In this document: positions 22,323-32,941 of the stretch, in pieces
Layout: every line of letters begins with the position of its first letter
How positions within the stretch are numbered: position 1 is the stretch's first letter
NCBI GenBank assembly: GCA_963828525.1
Contig: CAWHEP010000014.1
Location: 64,001 to 128,000, forward strand
Reading direction: 5' to 3'
Length of the DNA: 64,000 nt
DNA from: an uncultured Verrucomicrobiae bacterium
GTDB lineage: Bacteria; Verrucomicrobiota; Verrucomicrobiia; Chthoniobacterales; Chthoniobacteraceae
Program-made: the position numbers and the translations under genes
Notes under the pieces: generated by a model
Told to the model about the DNA's origin: nothing
The model's input: the letters and a program-made list of their open reading frames with translations, nothing else
Database searches by the model: none

Positions 22323-22919
22323 CTAGGAGGAGGGCTGGTGGCTTTCGTTCAGCCCCTCGTGATCGTGTCTGAGAGACATCGTTTGTTTCCCGTTCGCCGA
22401 GCCTGTTTTCACCACGAAGATGCTGTCAAAATCATCATGCGGCCAATTTGGAACGATTCCAGGATCGCCGCCACGCGACGCCACGATGTCTCGGAGGAGT
22501 TCTTCCAGCTTCACGTGTTCCCACGCGACGAAGATCAGGGCATTCTTGTATCGAGGGGCGAGCAGTTCCTTCCTTAGTCGCGAAATCTGATCGTAAGTAA
22601 ACCGGGTATCGACCGGAAGCCCGAGACGGATCGCTGTTGGCTCTATAGTCATCAAAGGCCGGACGTACGAATAGGACATTCCTCCGGCCGTTTTCTTGAG
22701 TTCCGTCTTCGGGGCGAAGACATATTGCGCTTTTCCGTATTTTGGGATAAGGACATTTGGAAGCGCAAGCGCCCGATGCAGCCCCTTCAACGTCAACTGG
22801 CCTTTGTCCTCTTTCGGTTTCTCCCCATGCCTGATGAAAACAATCGTTTCGCAATCTGAAGCGCGCAAACAGACGGCTTGGAAGAAGAGGAAAAGCAGCA
22901 GTGATGTCAGGGTGCGCAC
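22323..22919 (-). CDS. Secreted histidine-phosphatase-superfamily protein
   Basis: Signal peptide, IRHGEKP, RPLMTIEP, VAWEH. Confidence 0.7.
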   Translation of the reverse strand: MRTLTSLLLFLFFQAVCLRASDCETIVFIRHGEKPKEDKGQLTLKGLHRALALPNVLIPKYGKAQYVFAPKTELKKTAGGMSYSYVRPLMTIEPTAIRLGLPVDTRFTYDQISRLRKELLAPRYKNALIFVAWEHVKLEELLRDIVASRGGDPGIVPNWPHDDFDSIFVVKTGSANGKQTMSLRHDHEGLNESHQPSS

Positions 22920-22929
22920 GGTTATTGCT

Positions 22930-22959
22930 AGGATAGGTGGTAGAAGGTTCTAACGTCAA
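22930..22959 (-). promoter_or_regulatory. Possible sigma70 promoter for the phosphatase-like gene
   Basis: Minus strand TTGACG, 18-bp spacer, TATCCT. Confidence 0.35.
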
Positions 22960-23048
22960 CGGATTCCCCCCATCCACCCCGCAGTGTGCCAACCCTCCCG
23001 CACCCGATCATCCGACCACTCGCCATTGGAAGCGAGACTAAGTATAAC

Positions 23049-23489
23049 ATGTCTCTCCTCGAGAAGGTAAAGCGCGCGACAATCCGCGTGGCGGTGATTG
23101 ACGATCATCCGTGGGTCAGAGCTGGCCTTATTTCCACGATGAAGCCTCGGACGGAATTCGTTGTCTGTGGCGAGGCGGAGGATGCGGAGTCAGCCTTGGC
23201 CGTTATTGGGGAGTCGCGTCCAGATATCGCGTTGGTGGACATCTCCCTGAAGGGGGACGTGGATGGCATTGTGTTGACCGCGATGATCAAGAAGCAGTTT
23301 CCCTCGGTGGTGGTGCTTATCCTCTCCATGCATGTGGAGGTCGACTATGCCATAGGCGCAAAGGCGGCCGGGGCTTCCGGTTACCTGCTGAAGAACGAGG
23401 CTTCCGGGTTTCTGCTGACAGCGATCACGCGTTGCATGGATGGGCGCGGCTTCTTCAGCGAGGCGCTGCTGCGAAGGATGCGCCTGTAG
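23049..23489 (+). CDS. Response regulator, NarL-type receiver domain only
   Basis: VIDDHPWVR, PDIALVDISL, LILSMH, GASGYLLK. Ends before any HTH domain. Confidence 0.8.
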   Translation: MSLLEKVKRATIRVAVIDDHPWVRAGLISTMKPRTEFVVCGEAEDAESALAVIGESRPDIALVDISLKGDVDGIVLTAMIKKQFPSVVVLILSMHVEVDYAIGAKAAGASGYLLKNEASGFLLTAITRCMDGRGFFSEALLRRMRL

Positions 23490-23606
23490 GACGCTCCCGG
23501 GCTTGCTCTGCAAGGCCGGTGGGCGCGATACTCCCACATCCGTCTCCAGATAAAATTTCCTTCGCTTTCCCTGCGCGGCGTCCTCTTCATTCAGGCGCTT
23601 GCCAGC

Positions 23607-26600
23607 TTGCTATTGGCCGCGGGAAATGTGAACGCCGCGCCGGTGGAAATCCACTATCAGCTTCCCGCCGCTCCGGTTCCACAAGCCTATTTGGTTACTC
23701 TCGCGATCACCGATCCGAAGGATCCGGAATGGATCGTCAGCACTTTCCTCACGGCTGGCGTCAGGATAGTCAGCCACGAAAATGGCGGCCGGTTTACGGA
23801 GACCTGGAACGGCCTGGATGAAAATTTGATGCCATTGCCTTCCGGGCGCTATGGACTGAAAGGCATCTATTCGAAGGCGACCCGATGGTCTATCGATGGT
23901 CAATACCATGCCTTCATTCCGAAGCTGGCTGTAGCTGCGGGGGACTGCTGGATGCCTGCGCCCGCGCGGGATGATCTTTATCCCTGGCTGTCGGGAGCCG
24001 GGTTTGGCACCTGGAGCAGCGTGGCAGTCGGCGCGAACAACAGGGCCAGCTTCTACCACAACTTTCTGGAGAACTCACTGAACCCCTATCTGGTGGACTT
24101 GAACAAGCCCATCGGGTTCGACCAGGTCATTAAAGGCTTTCCCTCAGGAGGTGTGGGAGGGGGTGGCTCAACAGCCACAGATGGCGCGGCCATTTGGTGC
24201 GACTGCGTTAACGGGTTGAAACCGATGCCCTTCCTCTTCCGGGCTGATCGCGCATTTGGCTCCTCGCGTTCTACCTGGCGCAATAACGTGACGATGACTA
24301 CTGCGAATACCTCGGCGATGGTCGCGGGGACCTTCGGACGCAGGCCTCTGCTGTATGTCGCCGGTGGAGGGGTTGGAGGCGGCATCTCGGTGTTCGATGG
24401 AGACAGCGCGGAACTGCTGGCCAGGGTGTCGGTGGACAATCCGAGAGCGCTTATGCTTTCGGGGACGGCATTGACAGTGATGCGCCAGGATAAGGCAGGC
24501 GCCGCGGAACTGAGTTCTTGCGCGCTTTCGGGCGGCTTGCCAACGGGAAGATGGAATAAAGACCTGGGGATCGCGGGCATAGCGAATCCCACTGACTGCG
24601 TCCGCAACGAGGAGGGTGATTACTTTGTGAGCGACGCGGACGCCAACCAGGTTTACGAGATGAACGGCAGTGGAGCCATCGTCCGGCTGCTTGGCTCCGC
24701 GACTCCTGTGAAGCCTGGAGCTTACAACCCCCTAGGCTTCCTCTCTCCCGGCAAGCTGGCAGTCCGTCGGGACAGTGATGGTCAGGAGCGCCTGATCGTC
24801 GTGGAGCGCTCCGGGGCAGGCCGGGTCAGTGAATGGTCCATGCAGGGGACCTTGCTGCGGGAGTGGATCGCGGGAGTCGTCGCCGCAAACGTGGGCTACG
24901 CGGTTGATCCCGAGGATTCGGATCATGTTTACATGGCGGCAGGGCAAACCGCGACTGGATTTGGGCTTTTGCGCTTCCACCTGAATTACCAGGACGCCTC
25001 CTGGGGCCTGGACGGGTTCTGGCCCGGGATTTGTGGAGGCGACAAGCGCTTCCCAGGTGGCCAGAGTTTTCCCCGGCTCCTGCGCGTGAACGGGCGAAAA
25101 TACCTCGCGTTCGCGCGCCACATAGGATCGGACTTTGGCTATATGATCTACCGGCAAGCTGGCGAGGACTGGGCGCCGAGCGCGTGTATTTTCCCTGACG
25201 CGTCTCGCCCGGGAGAGTGGCGGTCGTGGCACAACGCGACTGGTAGCGGAGAGATCGATGGGGGCGTCCCCTTTTCTTTCCCCAGCCAGCCCCGGTATTG
25301 GGGTGAGAAGTGGCTGGATGACCTCTCGCTGGTTGTCATAGAAAACGGCGGGCGGTCGCTATGGCGGCTCCCGGTTGCCCGTTTCGACGCGCTCGGGAAT
25401 CCGGTCTATGAGTCGTCGGATTGGAAACGTCTTCTTACCGATTCTGTGAAGGAACAAATCTTCCATCATCAGGCGGATCCTTTGCATGGTGGCAATGAAG
25501 TAAGCGACCGGTTCGTATCAGCCTGGGACTCGGTGGATGGCTCGATGGAACGCGGATTTTACGTCAATTCCTATGGCGGCCCGGCTTGTGGGACCGGCGT
25601 CGATTCCTCCGGTCGTTACGGCTCAGAAACCAAGGTGAGCTTTTACTCGCCCGACGGGAAGGGCGGCTTCAGGATTCGATGGCGGGTTGGTCGCAAGGCA
25701 TTCGGTCTTGCGAAGCCCGGGGAGATATACGGGCCTCTGCATGTCACTGCCCCGGTAAACGGCGTCCTCGGTGTCCAGGATGGCAACGGCCTCTATCATC
25801 TTTTTACGGATGACGGCCTCTACATAGATACCCTGCTGGTGGACTGCTACGCGCGGGCGAAGCCATTTGGCGGGGTGTATTCCCTCGGAGGCGAACTTTT
25901 CAACGGTTATCATTTCCTGAATAAATCGAACGGAAAAGCGTACTTGGCGATGGGCCGCAATTCAGCGGAATTCTTTGAAATCCAGGGCTTGAGCCGCGAT
26001 CGAAACGGCATTGAACGGATACCAGGCCTGGAGGGTGGAACGCAAATTACCGCCGATCAGATCGCTCCGGCGGACGAAAGGGCGCTCCGCGTCCGCGCGC
26101 CAGGGCAGGGCATCGCCAAGACGGCGGTCTTCAACCCCTGCAAGACTCCGCCTTCGATGGATTGCTCCATGCGCGGCTGGGATGCCGCGGGTGAGGTGAC
26201 ATTTGAGAGCGACCAGGAAAATCGCGTTGAAGCGCGGCTCCTCTTTGACCCCAACACCATCTATCTGAGATGGCGCGCGCGGCAGAGCCAAAAGGTTCAG
26301 GTCGCTCCCGCTGGCCATCCCGAGCGCATCTTTACACACGACACCGCCGCGACAACGCTTAGCTTCTATTTCGCCGCCCCTTCCTCCCTTATCCAGAAGC
26401 TGGGCATGTCTCTCGGAGATTGCAGGATCGTTTTCGGACTCCAGAAGAGTGGGAATACCACAGCTCCGATTGCTGTCGGGCTATACCCCTCCACCATCGC
26501 GCGCCTGCACCCTGTGACCTACACGTCGGCTGTTAGCAGCGCGACTTTCGCCGATGTCGCTCCGCTCACCAACGTGAAGCTATCCACCGCCCAGGACGGT

Positions 26601-26828
26601 GACGGAAAGGGTTTTGTCCTCTGCGCCGCAGTGCCGCGGATTGATATTCCTTTCTCGGGAGCACTGCATGCGGGAGAGGCGGCCCGGGTGGATTTCTCCG
26701 CCACCGTGAACGGCAAGCTGGCGTTCTGGTGGTGTAATCTGGATGGCTCTGCAAGCACCAACACCAGCGACGAGCCTTCCGAAGCCGCGCTTTACCCTTC
26801 CGCGTGGGGAACCGCGGAATTTAAGTAA
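23607..26828 (+). CDS. Large secreted hypothetical protein: FlgD-Ig-like N-terminus, NHL/beta-propeller core, probable C-terminal beta-sandwich
   Basis: TWNGLDENLMPLPSGRY (FlgD-like) and PTDCVRNEEGDYFVSDADANQV (NHL-like). The frame stays open upstream, giving a longer signal peptide. Confidence 0.65.
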   Translation: MLLAAGNVNAAPVEIHYQLPAAPVPQAYLVTLAITDPKDPEWIVSTFLTAGVRIVSHENGGRFTETWNGLDENLMPLPSGRYGLKGIYSKATRWSIDGQYHAFIPKLAVAAGDCWMPAPARDDLYPWLSGAGFGTWSSVAVGANNRASFYHNFLENSLNPYLVDLNKPIGFDQVIKGFPSGGVGGGGSTATDGAAIWCDCVNGLKPMPFLFRADRAFGSSRSTWRNNVTMTTANTSAMVAGTFGRRPLLYVAGGGVGGGISVFDGDSAELLARVSVDNPRALMLSGTALTVMRQDKAGAAELSSCALSGGLPTGRWNKDLGIAGIANPTDCVRNEEGDYFVSDADANQVYEMNGSGAIVRLLGSATPVKPGAYNPLGFLSPGKLAVRRDSDGQERLIVVERSGAGRVSEWSMQGTLLREWIAGVVAANVGYAVDPEDSDHVYMAAGQTATGFGLLRFHLNYQDASWGLDGFWPGICGGDKRFPGGQSFPRLLRVNGRKYLAFARHIGSDFGYMIYRQAGEDWAPSACIFPDASRPGEWRSWHNATGSGEIDGGVPFSFPSQPRYWGEKWLDDLSLVVIENGGRSLWRLPVARFDALGNPVYESSDWKRLLTDSVKEQIFHHQADPLHGGNEVSDRFVSAWDSVDGSMERGFYVNSYGGPACGTGVDSSGRYGSETKVSFYSPDGKGGFRIRWRVGRKAFGLAKPGEIYGPLHVTAPVNGVLGVQDGNGLYHLFTDDGLYIDTLLVDCYARAKPFGGVYSLGGELFNGYHFLNKSNGKAYLAMGRNSAEFFEIQGLSRDRNGIERIPGLEGGTQITADQIAPADERALRVRAPGQGIAKTAVFNPCKTPPSMDCSMRGWDAAGEVTFESDQENRVEARLLFDPNTIYLRWRARQSQKVQVAPAGHPERIFTHDTAATTLSFYFAAPSSLIQKLGMSLGDCRIVFGLQKSGNTTAPIAVGLYPSTIARLHPVTYTSAVSSATFADVAPLTNVKLSTAQDGDGKGFVLCAAVPRIDIPFSGALHAGEAARVDFSATVNGKLAFWWCNLDGSASTNTSDEPSEAALYPSAWGTAEFK

Positions 26829-26840
26829 CGCGAGGGCGTT

Positions 26841-28064
26841 TTATCCAAGCAGGCGATGCGTCTCCTGCAGCTTCGCCACAATGTCTATGTCCGACGGGCA
26901 GGATGGCATGCAGTCTCCGCACGCGACGCAGGACGAACCGTTTTTGGTGAGCGCCTGGTATTCAGCGCGCGCGCGCGGGAGATCATGATAGTCGTTCGCA
27001 TAACGCTCGTAGCGGAGGATGTCCGCGATGGCGATGTGCTCTGAACAATGGCTCACGCAGTCGGAGCAGAGCAGGCATGTCAGGCCCTTGTTATAGCCAG
27101 CCAGCAGACCCAGTGTGTCGCGATCCTGCGACGTCATCGCGACCTTCGCCGCAGCTCCCATGTTTTCCTCCCACTGCGTGAAGTTCTTCATCACGATCAC
27201 GGCTGCCGTGAGATCCGGGTTGGACATTAGCCACTTCACCATCGCCGCCCCCGGCGCGCTCCCCTGGAAACGGGGCTCGGCGAGGAGTTTCTGAAATTTC
27301 TGGTCCTGCGCGGCCCGCCCGACGCCCGCCATCGTCTTCATCGCAATCGTTCCAAAGTCCTTTTGCTTGGCCAGCGCGATGATGTCGCCAATCTCCTTTT
27401 TGTCCCCGTAGGTGTAGAAAAATTGGGCGGCCTCGAACGGCGAGTGATCCATCAGGTAGGCCAGAATTTCATACGCCATGTCGCCACCGATGTCCTTGTA
27501 GTGGTGTTGCGATAGGACCAGGTGCTTTACCAACCCTTCTTTTTTGAGGCGATCGAAGGCTCGGATGATGCCCATCTCCGTCTTTGCTTCCTCTATCGAG
27601 TGGTATCCGAAGTGGAATTTGAAAACGTCGTAATAGCCCAGACCTGAACGCTCCACGCACTTCTTCACGAACTGGTAGTGCTGTTCCTCGTCGATGTGGC
27701 CTTTCGCGTTATCGCCTCCCACTCGGTCCACCACCACCTCCAAGTAATAAGATTCCCGAGGCTGGCTCTTGATTGCCGCTGGCATTGTCTCCGCTGTCCA
27801 GCGCTGCGACTTATGCCAATAGTTCACGCCTGCCGCGACGGCGAAGGGAATGATGTCGGGCGTCCAATCCGACGCGCCGACCAGCGAGCTGATCAGCAAT
27901 CCCGTGCGCCCATAGCGGCGCAACGGAAGTTTCCCGTTTTGCATTTGTCCCGCTTCCGCGGCGGAGAGATTTCGTCCCAAGGCGCCCAGACCAACTGCCG
28001 CCGCCCCTGTAGTGCCGAGCCGGATGAATTCACGGCGTGAGAAACCATTCTTTTCTTCAGACAT
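26841..28064 (-). CDS. Tat-exported aldo/keto-reductase-fold protein with C-terminal 4Fe-4S dicluster
   Basis: SRREFI Tat motif, RRYGRTGL, GTIAMKT, CLLCSDCVSHC and CVACGDCMPSCP. Confidence 0.8.
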   Translation of the reverse strand: MSEEKNGFSRREFIRLGTTGAAAVGLGALGRNLSAAEAGQMQNGKLPLRRYGRTGLLISSLVGASDWTPDIIPFAVAAGVNYWHKSQRWTAETMPAAIKSQPRESYYLEVVVDRVGGDNAKGHIDEEQHYQFVKKCVERSGLGYYDVFKFHFGYHSIEEAKTEMGIIRAFDRLKKEGLVKHLVLSQHHYKDIGGDMAYEILAYLMDHSPFEAAQFFYTYGDKKEIGDIIALAKQKDFGTIAMKTMAGVGRAAQDQKFQKLLAEPRFQGSAPGAAMVKWLMSNPDLTAAVIVMKNFTQWEENMGAAAKVAMTSQDRDTLGLLAGYNKGLTCLLCSDCVSHCSEHIAIADILRYERYANDYHDLPRARAEYQALTKNGSSCVACGDCMPSCPSDIDIVAKLQETHRLLG

Positions 28065-28253
28065 CTTTAACCTTTCGGTGAGTGACGCGCGTCTCTCACT
28101 ACGACCGGACAACCGGCAGAGATGAGGGGCGAAGATGAAGTTGAATGTTTTCTCGATCTATGTCAGCAACGAAATGCAACTTTTTGAGTCTTTGCCGCCG
28201 CAGGTCTTTGCGGTTATTCTCCGCTTCCCGCAAGCTCATAAAAGACATATCCC

Positions 28254-30383
28254 ATGACGCGTTTCTCATCTTACCGCTTTCTTCTTCTTTCGATCGTGCC
28301 GCTCGTGGCGCATCCTCTCCTCGCTGAGTCGCCTGCCGCCGGGCAGCCGCCCCTGAAGTCCGTGGAGGAATTTCAGAAGAAAGCTGCCTCGTTCAAGGAA
28401 GTCATCAGCATCCCGCCGTTTGAGACTACCGCCGACGCCGTCAAGGCTTCCGCCGCTCAGGCCATTTCCGACGGGGATGCCGCGCTCGACAAACTTGGCA
28501 AGCTCGATCCCAAAACGGTTACCCTTGAGAACACCATCAAGGCTCTGGATTATCTTACCTATCAGACCGGCAGAACGGAGAGCCGGCTGGATATCATCAA
28601 GAACGCTTCCCCGGAGGCTGCGATGCGGAACGCGGCCACGGAAGGTATCAAGAAGCTGGACGACTGGTCGGTAAGCGTCAATTACCGGCAGGACGTCTAT
28701 AACACGATGAAGGCGTTCGCCGCGACGAAGCCTCATCTCGAAGGCGAGGACGCGCGTTTGTTTGAGCAGACGATGCGCGATTATCGCAGGGCTGGTTTGG
28801 AGCTGCCAAAACAACAGCAGAAGGAGATCGAAGACCTCTTCCAGCAGCTCTCAAAGCTAGAGACGGATTTCCAGAACAATATTCGCGACGACCACTCCTT
28901 TGTCCGCTTCACACGGTCGGAGCTTGCTGGCGTGCCTCAGGATTTGCTTGATCAAAAAGGCGTCAAGACGGGGGATAACCAATATACCATCGACGCGAAT
29001 GTCACCTTCCAGGTGATCAGCGTTGAGGATAATTGCCTCGTTGAGGCGACTCGCAAAAAGCTCTACATCGCCCGCGACAGCAGGGCGATGGAAAAGAACG
29101 TCCCGCTCATGACGAAGATCGTTGGCATTCGCGACGCGCTCGCGAGGAAGCTGGGTTACGCTTCCTGGGCCGACTACCGCATCGAGCCGATGATGGCGAA
29201 GGACTCGGCAACCGCTTTGAAGTTTCTCAATGATCTGAGCGCCGGCCTTCAGCCCAAGTTCGACGCCGAGTTAGTCGAATTGAAGAAGCTAAAGGCGGCG
29301 GCGACAGGCGAGAAAGATCCCCAAATCAACATGTGGGACTGGCGTTACTTCGGCGAAAAGATTCACCAGCAGAAGTTCGATATCGATGAGGAAGCTCTGC
29401 GCGTTTATTTCCCCTATCAAAAGGTGCTGCAAGGGATGTTCAACATCTACCAGACGATCTTCGGGATCAAGATCGAGCAGATCTCCTGCCCGTATAAGTG
29501 GGTTGATGACCTGAGGTTGTATGCTGTAAGCGATGCCAAAACCAGCGAACCGATGGGGCTCTTCTACCTGGACATGTTCCCTCGTGAAGGGAAGTACAAT
29601 CATTTCGCGCAGTTCGGGATCATCGAAGGCATCAGGCTGCCGGATGGCACCTACCAGCGCCCCACCGTCGCGCTGATTTGCAACTTCCCGCCGCCGACTG
29701 CCGACAAACCCTCACTCATGAGCCATGACGATGTCGTCACTATTTTCCACGAGTTCGGCCATGGGATGCACTCGATCTTAACCCGCGCAAGCAGCGGGCG
29801 GTTCTCCGGGACGAATGTCCCCCGCGACTTCGTGGAAGCCCCTTCCCAAATGCTGGAAAACTGGGGATGGGACAAGCAGGTGCTGGACAGTTTCGCGGCG
29901 GATTATCGTGATCCCTCCAAGAAAATTCCGGCTGCCATCCTGGACAAACTCAGGGACTCGGAGCGGGCAACCGTCGGCAACTTCTATCGGCGGCAGATCG
30001 GTTTCGCGCTGCTTGATCTTGCCATCCATGGGCCGTCGAAGGAAGGGGAGACAAAGGACGTGGTGAAGATTTCCAACGATATCCTCAGCAAGGTCTTCTA
30101 CCCTGTCGTGCCGGGAACCGCCTCCATCGCCTCGTTTGATCACCTGTGCGGCGGGTACGACGCGGGTTATTACGGTTACGCCTGGGCCGACGCGATTGCG
30201 GCTGATATGGCGACGGTTTTTACGAAGGCGCCGAAACGATTCTTCGATCCGGAAGCGGGGGCGCGGCTTCGCAACGACATCTATTCCAAGGGCGACTCGC
30301 GCGATGTGAATATCTCGATAGAGGATTTTCTCGGGAGGGCCAGATCCATTGAGCCATTTCTGGAAAGACTGGGGATCCACTAA
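28254..30383 (+). CDS. M3A metallopeptidase (thimet oligopeptidase-like), with signal peptide
   Basis: FYLDMFPREGKYNH, FHEFGH, RDFVEAPSQMLENW, GYDAGYYGYAW. Confidence 0.92.
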   Translation: MTRFSSYRFLLLSIVPLVAHPLLAESPAAGQPPLKSVEEFQKKAASFKEVISIPPFETTADAVKASAAQAISDGDAALDKLGKLDPKTVTLENTIKALDYLTYQTGRTESRLDIIKNASPEAAMRNAATEGIKKLDDWSVSVNYRQDVYNTMKAFAATKPHLEGEDARLFEQTMRDYRRAGLELPKQQQKEIEDLFQQLSKLETDFQNNIRDDHSFVRFTRSELAGVPQDLLDQKGVKTGDNQYTIDANVTFQVISVEDNCLVEATRKKLYIARDSRAMEKNVPLMTKIVGIRDALARKLGYASWADYRIEPMMAKDSATALKFLNDLSAGLQPKFDAELVELKKLKAAATGEKDPQINMWDWRYFGEKIHQQKFDIDEEALRVYFPYQKVLQGMFNIYQTIFGIKIEQISCPYKWVDDLRLYAVSDAKTSEPMGLFYLDMFPREGKYNHFAQFGIIEGIRLPDGTYQRPTVALICNFPPPTADKPSLMSHDDVVTIFHEFGHGMHSILTRASSGRFSGTNVPRDFVEAPSQMLENWGWDKQVLDSFAADYRDPSKKIPAAILDKLRDSERATVGNFYRRQIGFALLDLAIHGPSKEGETKDVVKISNDILSKVFYPVVPGTASIASFDHLCGGYDAGYYGYAWADAIAADMATVFTKAPKRFFDPEAGARLRNDIYSKGDSRDVNISIEDFLGRARSIEPFLERLGIH

Positions 30384-32005
30384 GATTATCCCCCGGGGGC
30401 AGGCCGCGCGATCCCTTGTTGCGGTAGCGCTTCTCGCGCTTGCGACAAGTTGCGGAAAGCCGACGCCCGAAGTGGAGAAGGCGGTCCAGAAGCAGATCCT
30501 TCTCATGGGCAATGGCACCGAGCCGCAGGATCTCGATCCGCAAACGGTTACTGGCATACCAGAGGACAATATCCTGCGCGCGATCTTCGAGGGCCTCGTC
30601 TCGGAAGATCCGCATGATCTCCATCCCGTTCCCGGAATGGCAATGAGCTGGGATATATCACCGGACCTGACCGTTTATACATTTCATCTTCGCAAAGCGC
30701 TCTGGACGGACGGCACTCCTGTGACCGCTTCCGATTTCACGCGTTCTTACCAGCGCATCCTCAGCCCGGAGCTCGCCTCGGAATATAACTATATGCTGTT
30801 CTCAGTGAAGAACGCGGAGGATTACAGCAACGGAAAAATCACCGATTTCAGCCAGGTTGGATTTAAAGCGCTGGATGACGCGACACTCCGCGTCTCACTA
30901 AACAATCCCACGCCCTATTTCCTCTCACTACTGAACCACTACTCGTGGTTTGCGGTTCCGATCAATACAGTGCTCAAGTTTGGCCGGCTAGCTGATCGCG
31001 GGACACGATGGACGCGTCCCGAAAACATGGTGAGCAACGGACCCTTCAGGCTCAAACAGTGGAAGACGAACTCCATCATCGTAGTTGAGAAGAACCCGCT
31101 GTACTGGGATCACGAGAAAGTGCGATTGAATGAAATTCGTTATTTCCCAATCGATAATTCCAGCTCCGAAGAGCGCGCGTTCCGCTCCGGGCAGTTGCAT
31201 GTCACCAACACAATCCCGCTTCCGAAGATCGACGTCTACAAGCGCTCGCATTCGCCTTTTCTGAGGGATGACCCCTATCTCGGGACGTACTTCTACAGAT
31301 TCAACGTCACGAAGCCTTTCCTCAAGCTAAAGGAGCTGCGGCAGGCGCTCTCCCTTTCCATCGACCGGGAGAGCATCGTCAAGAATGTTACGCGCGGGGG
31401 CGAGCATCCAGCGACGTCCTTCACCCCGGACGGCACCGCGGGCTATTTCCCGCGTCCCGAAGTGAAGATGGACATCGCTGCCGCCCGGGATCTTCTCGCC
31501 AAGGCTGGCTTCCCGGAAGGAAAGGGACTGCCTCCCATTGAACTGCTCTACAACAGCGATGAGGGACACCGGGTCATCGCGGAAGCTCTTCAGCAAATGT
31601 GGAAAAAAAACCTCGGCATTGATATCCAGCTAACGAATCAGGAATGGAAGGTTTACCTGGACGCCCAGCGCCAGCTTGCCTACCAGATCTGTCGCGCGGG
31701 ATGGATCGCCGATTACGTGGATCCCAACTCCTTCCTCGATATGTGGCTCACCAACGGCGGAAACAACCAGACGGGTTGGTCAAATCCCGAGTACCGACCG
31801 GCTTGTCGCGTTAGCGAATCGCACCGGCGACCAAGCCGGCAGGTACGCCACCTTCCAGAGGGCGGAGTCCATACTACTGGACGAGATGCCGATCCTGCCG
31901 ATCTATTTTTATACTTCCAAGTTCCTTATTCAGCCTTCCGTCAAAGGGTGGTACCCAACGATACTGAATCACCACCCATTCAAGTACGTTTATCTCGAGA
32001 ACTGA
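30349..32005 (+). CDS. oppA: Oligopeptide ABC transporter substrate-binding lipoprotein; apparent +1 frameshift at about 31794-31795
   Basis: Lipobox-like LATSC, NGTEPQDLDP, PGMAMSWDIS, SNGPFRL, RAGWIADY. The C-terminus (YDRLV...EMPILPIYFY...KYVYL) continues in the +1 frame to 32005. Exact start uncertain. Confidence 0.85.
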
Positions 32006-32023
32006 CGTCTAAAGATTTCGGTC

Positions 32024-32941
32024 ATGCTGCGATTCATCCTTCGGCGGTTTTTCGAGACGATCCCGGTTCTGTTTATCATTGCCACGCTCACTTTCTTCGG
32101 CGTCCGGCTTGCTCCCGGGGGGCCGTTCGACGCCGAAAAGAATGTCACCCCCGAAATTCGTCGAAATCTCGAAGCCCACTATGGTTTGAACAAGCCTCTG
32201 CTTGTCCAATACACCGACTACCTGAACAGTCTCCTTCACGGGGATCTGGGGCCCTCCTTTAAATACTCCAATCGCACCGTGAATGAACTCATCGGAGAAT
32301 CTTTCCCGGTTTCACTTGAACTCGGCTTCTATGGTTTGCTCGTCGCCCTGATTCTTGGTCTCGCGGCGGGGATCGCCGCCGCGCTGCGCCCGCGCACGGC
32401 CATCGACTACTTCGCGTCTTCGATCTCGATGGCGGGCATCTGTCTTCCCACCTTCGTTCTTGGACCCCTTTTGATTCTGATGTTTGCCCTCGGTCTACAT
32501 AGATTCAACGCGCAAGGGTGGTTTGATCCCAGGGATAGGGTGCTGCCGGCGATCACGCTGGGAACCTACTACGCGGCCTATGTCGCTCGTCTCGCGCGAG
32601 GCGGGATGATGGACATCCTCTCGCAGGATTTCATTCGGACGGCGCGGGCAAAGGGAGCGTCCGAGGCGCGGGTGATTTTAAGACATACGGTGAAAGGTGG
32701 ATTGCTTCCGGTTGTCTCCTTCCTCGGTCCCGCCGTCGCGGGAATTATCACCGGCTCTTTCGTGGTCGAAACGATCTTTCAAATCCCAGGTCTCGGACGC
32801 TTTTTTGTAACAGCGGCGCTGAATCGGGATTACACGATGGTGTTGGGTACTGTGTTGTTTTACGCCGTCCTCATCGTTTTTTTCAACCTCGTGGTTGACG
32901 TCGTTCTCGTGTGTCTCAATCCGAAATTGAAGTTCGAATGA
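32024..32941 (+). CDS. oppB: Oligopeptide ABC transporter permease
   Basis: APGGPF, GDLGPSF, DFIRTARAKG, VETIFQIPGLGR, NRDY. Confidence 0.92.
   Translation: MLRFILRRFFETIPVLFIIATLTFFGVRLAPGGPFDAEKNVTPEIRRNLEAHYGLNKPLLVQYTDYLNSLLHGDLGPSFKYSNRTVNELIGESFPVSLELGFYGLLVALILGLAAGIAAALRPRTAIDYFASSISMAGICLPTFVLGPLLILMFALGLHRFNAQGWFDPRDRVLPAITLGTYYAAYVARLARGGMMDILSQDFIRTARAKGASEARVILRHTVKGGLLPVVSFLGPAVAGIITGSFVVETIFQIPGLGRFFVTAALNRDYTMVLGTVLFYAVLIVFFNLVVDVVLVCLNPKLKFE

Noticed and set aside
31796..32262. Extended C-terminus of the 637-aa oppA ORF
   Set aside because: Out-of-frame run-on after the frameshift that overlaps oppB; the true tail is in the +1 frame ending at 32005.
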